From Takakia lepidozioides (Eukaryota; Plantae; Bryophyta): a stretch of DNA of 64,000 nucleotides. The first letter of the stretch is position 1, and the number at the start of each line of letters is the position of its first letter. Positions 61,763-64,000 of the stretch are shown here, piece after piece. The stretch lies in the NCBI GenBank assembly GCA_030704615.1, contig CM060731.1:19406001-19470000 (forward strand), in the 5' to 3' direction. The notes beneath the pieces were generated by a model. It saw only the letters and a program-made list of their open reading frames with translations. It was not told the DNA's origin and did not search any database. The position numbers were made by a program, and so were the translations under genes.

Positions 61763-63843
61763 ATGGATCTACAGAAGGTCTTCGACCAGACGGTCAGAGA
61801 GCTGTAAGATAGGGATTTTCTCTTCTTCCTTTGCCTCGTATGCCATGTTTTTCCTTCCAGTAACCAATGTGGATTATATGCGGTACACGTTCACCGTTTT
61901 CTGTTTTTATAAGCCTTTTTCGCTGGATTTATTTTCGATATGGGTTCCGAAACTAGCCTCACCGCATCAACTCATCAACTCATCGTTGGGACCTGAGGTC
62001 TTATACCGCCAGAGCTGAATGTAGCCATTGCTGGATTAGATCTGGTAGCTAATGTGAGCTGTAAGTTTACTCCCTCGAAATAGGGTAGAATGTGGTGGGG
62101 ACTTCCTTGTATAGTATTGCAGCATACCTCTTGTCCTGGTAGGGAGCTGCAAGATGGATTTCAGAAACTGTCAGATCTGATTGATGTCTGTCGCCGACTA
62201 TTTGGACTCGCAGGAAAAGGGAAGTGAACAAGAAGGTCCTCAAGGTGCCTGAGATTGAAGTCAAAGTATGCCATTTTTCACCTTTGAATTTATAATCTCC
62301 ATCAATGTATGTCACCAGAGCTTCATTGGAACTCAGATTTCTGAGTGGATCATGTTACTTAGAAAGGACACAAGTGTCAAAATCTCACCAACATGAAGGG
62401 AAATTTTATGAGGTGTTACAGACTTCCAGTCCTCTTAGTCCTACATTGGAAAGATGTACTTTTCTCTCTGCATATGATGGAGCTTCTTACCATTTCTCAA
62501 GCAGCGTCTTGTGCTGCTCATAGTACTTGAAAGTGTGTTGTACAACTGAGCAATTGGCTGGAGAAAAAAGGAGCTGAAGATGGATTAAGGCGCTTTGGGC
62601 AGATTCCTATTAGAGAGTCTGTACCTCTCTGATGAATGTTGTGCAGGGGTAGTAGGGTTGTTTTGTAGGGAGAAGAACAAGGATCAATTGACAACTGATA
62701 TACTCTTAGCCTTTTGTTTTCAGGTACTTGAGGCAACCAGCAATGAGCCCTGGGGTCCCCACGGAACGATCATGAGTGACATTGCACAAGCGACTCGAAA
62801 TTTTGTGAGGAATCAACCACCCCGATCACTGCAATTACTAGTATGACATATTTGGAGGAAGCTGTTACTGCATTGTTGCCGTTGGGATATTGCAGTAAGC
62901 AGCATAGCTTTGATTGGCATGTTGCCCATTTCAGTATGACTGTTTTGTGCAGCACTGAATACCAGATGATAATGGGGGTCCTGTGGAAGCGCCTGACTGA
63001 TACCGGGAGGAACTGGCGGCATGTGTACAAGGTTAGTAGATTGGTCAGGCCCTCGTTCATGGAGGTGCTGCTGTAGCATGCCGTATAATTTTCCAGAAAT
63101 TTTACCATCAGTGTCTTCAGGAGCATTTTGGGAATCTGTTCATAGAAGGTGCATGATAACGTCATGTAAACATGAATGGGCGAGTCAAAGAGCTTATAGT
63201 GGTCTGTAAACCTGGCTGCCAGTCATTGACAGTTTTGGAATTTTTGGTCGCCAATGGTGCTGAAATAATCATCGACGAACTTCGGGAGCATACATACCAG
63301 ATTCAGGTGACTTCCGTTGTTTTCTGTATGCTGCACTTATTGCTATTATATTTGTCTTTCTCGCGTTCCGTTTTCTTTGGAGCAGTGAGGGATTTCTAGA
63401 GGATAGCTGGAAAACTCGGATCATTACTGTTCCAAGGTAAGTCTTTCTACCGGTGTCAGCCCCTGACAAAGGTAGTTTCTGTCCGTTTGGGGGCGGGGTC
63501 AGGGCCACAGCTACAGCAAATAACGTCTTATGAGTACATTCTTTAGAGCAGTGAAGCATCCTTAAAGGACGATGAGCAGTATAAAGATTTACACGAAATA
63601 AGAGTTGATCTATCTTGATATTGGGCCATTTTGTCTATTCTTATGCTCTTCCCATCCATATGCAGTGGATACTGACGGTGAGTCCTCTGTTTCTTTCAGA
63701 CCTTGGTGGATTTCCAATATCTCGAGCCAAGTGGCAAGGATCAGGGTATCAACGTGCGTAAGAAGGCACAGACCTTTGTTGCTAATCAATGACAAGGATA
63801 GAATTCGTGAAGTAAGGCAAAAAGCAGCTGCCAACAGCGACAA
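61763..63843 (+). pseudogene. Epsin/clathrin-interactor (ENTH domain) gene, 5' part; exons 61763-61803, 62214-62265, 62724-62804, 62953-63031, 63223-63306, 63700-63843; two frameshifts; continues beyond the window
   Basis: [55 protein letters not shown] and DQGINVRKK. One extra T before the exon-3 donor and a 2-nt loss near 63782. Confidence 0.8.
63385..63542 (+). mobile_element. 3'-end fragment of the (CT)n LINE in an epsin intron
   Basis: GGGATTTCTAGAGGATA…AACGTCTTATGAGTACATTCT. Confidence 0.85.
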
Positions 63844-64000
63844 GTAAGTAATTTCAAACTAGGTCTAGGTAGACTGTAGATTGTGTAGACAGGATTTCCT
63901 CAGAATTAGCATGTTTGCATATCCTTACCGGCCATGGGCTTTCCTGCATTCATCTGATATTTATGATGTGAATCTATGCATCTTTGACAACAAAGTGTGA

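Overview
Eukaryotic nuclear DNA from a land plant, probably a non-seed lineage (inferred from the gene and transposon repertoire; the species cannot be determined). The first ~33 kb is gene-rich: the 3' end of a DENR/TMA22 gene, a DUF962/Mpo1-like gene, two convergent tRNA-Leu genes, an HSP70 remnant, a 19-exon HUB2/BRE1 E3 ligase, a CPN20 pseudogene, a fold-back pogo-type transposon, DET2 and an RNR small-subunit gene. About 34-60 kb is a nested transposon island. It holds an intron-containing Crypton-like tyrosine recombinase and a Ty3/gypsy element that were scrambled together by a 3.66-kb inversion, with both breakpoints visible at a 5-bp CAGAA microhomology. Nested inside the gypsy pol are a CACTA remnant, a LINE, a SWIM-domain remnant and a second gypsy element carrying a C5 DNA-methyltransferase fragment plus a PHD finger. 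About ten copies of one (CT)n-tailed LINE family are scattered through the window, apparently favouring (CT)nACA targets. The window ends in a frameshifted epsin (ENTH) gene. All exon models were read by eye; no database searches were run.
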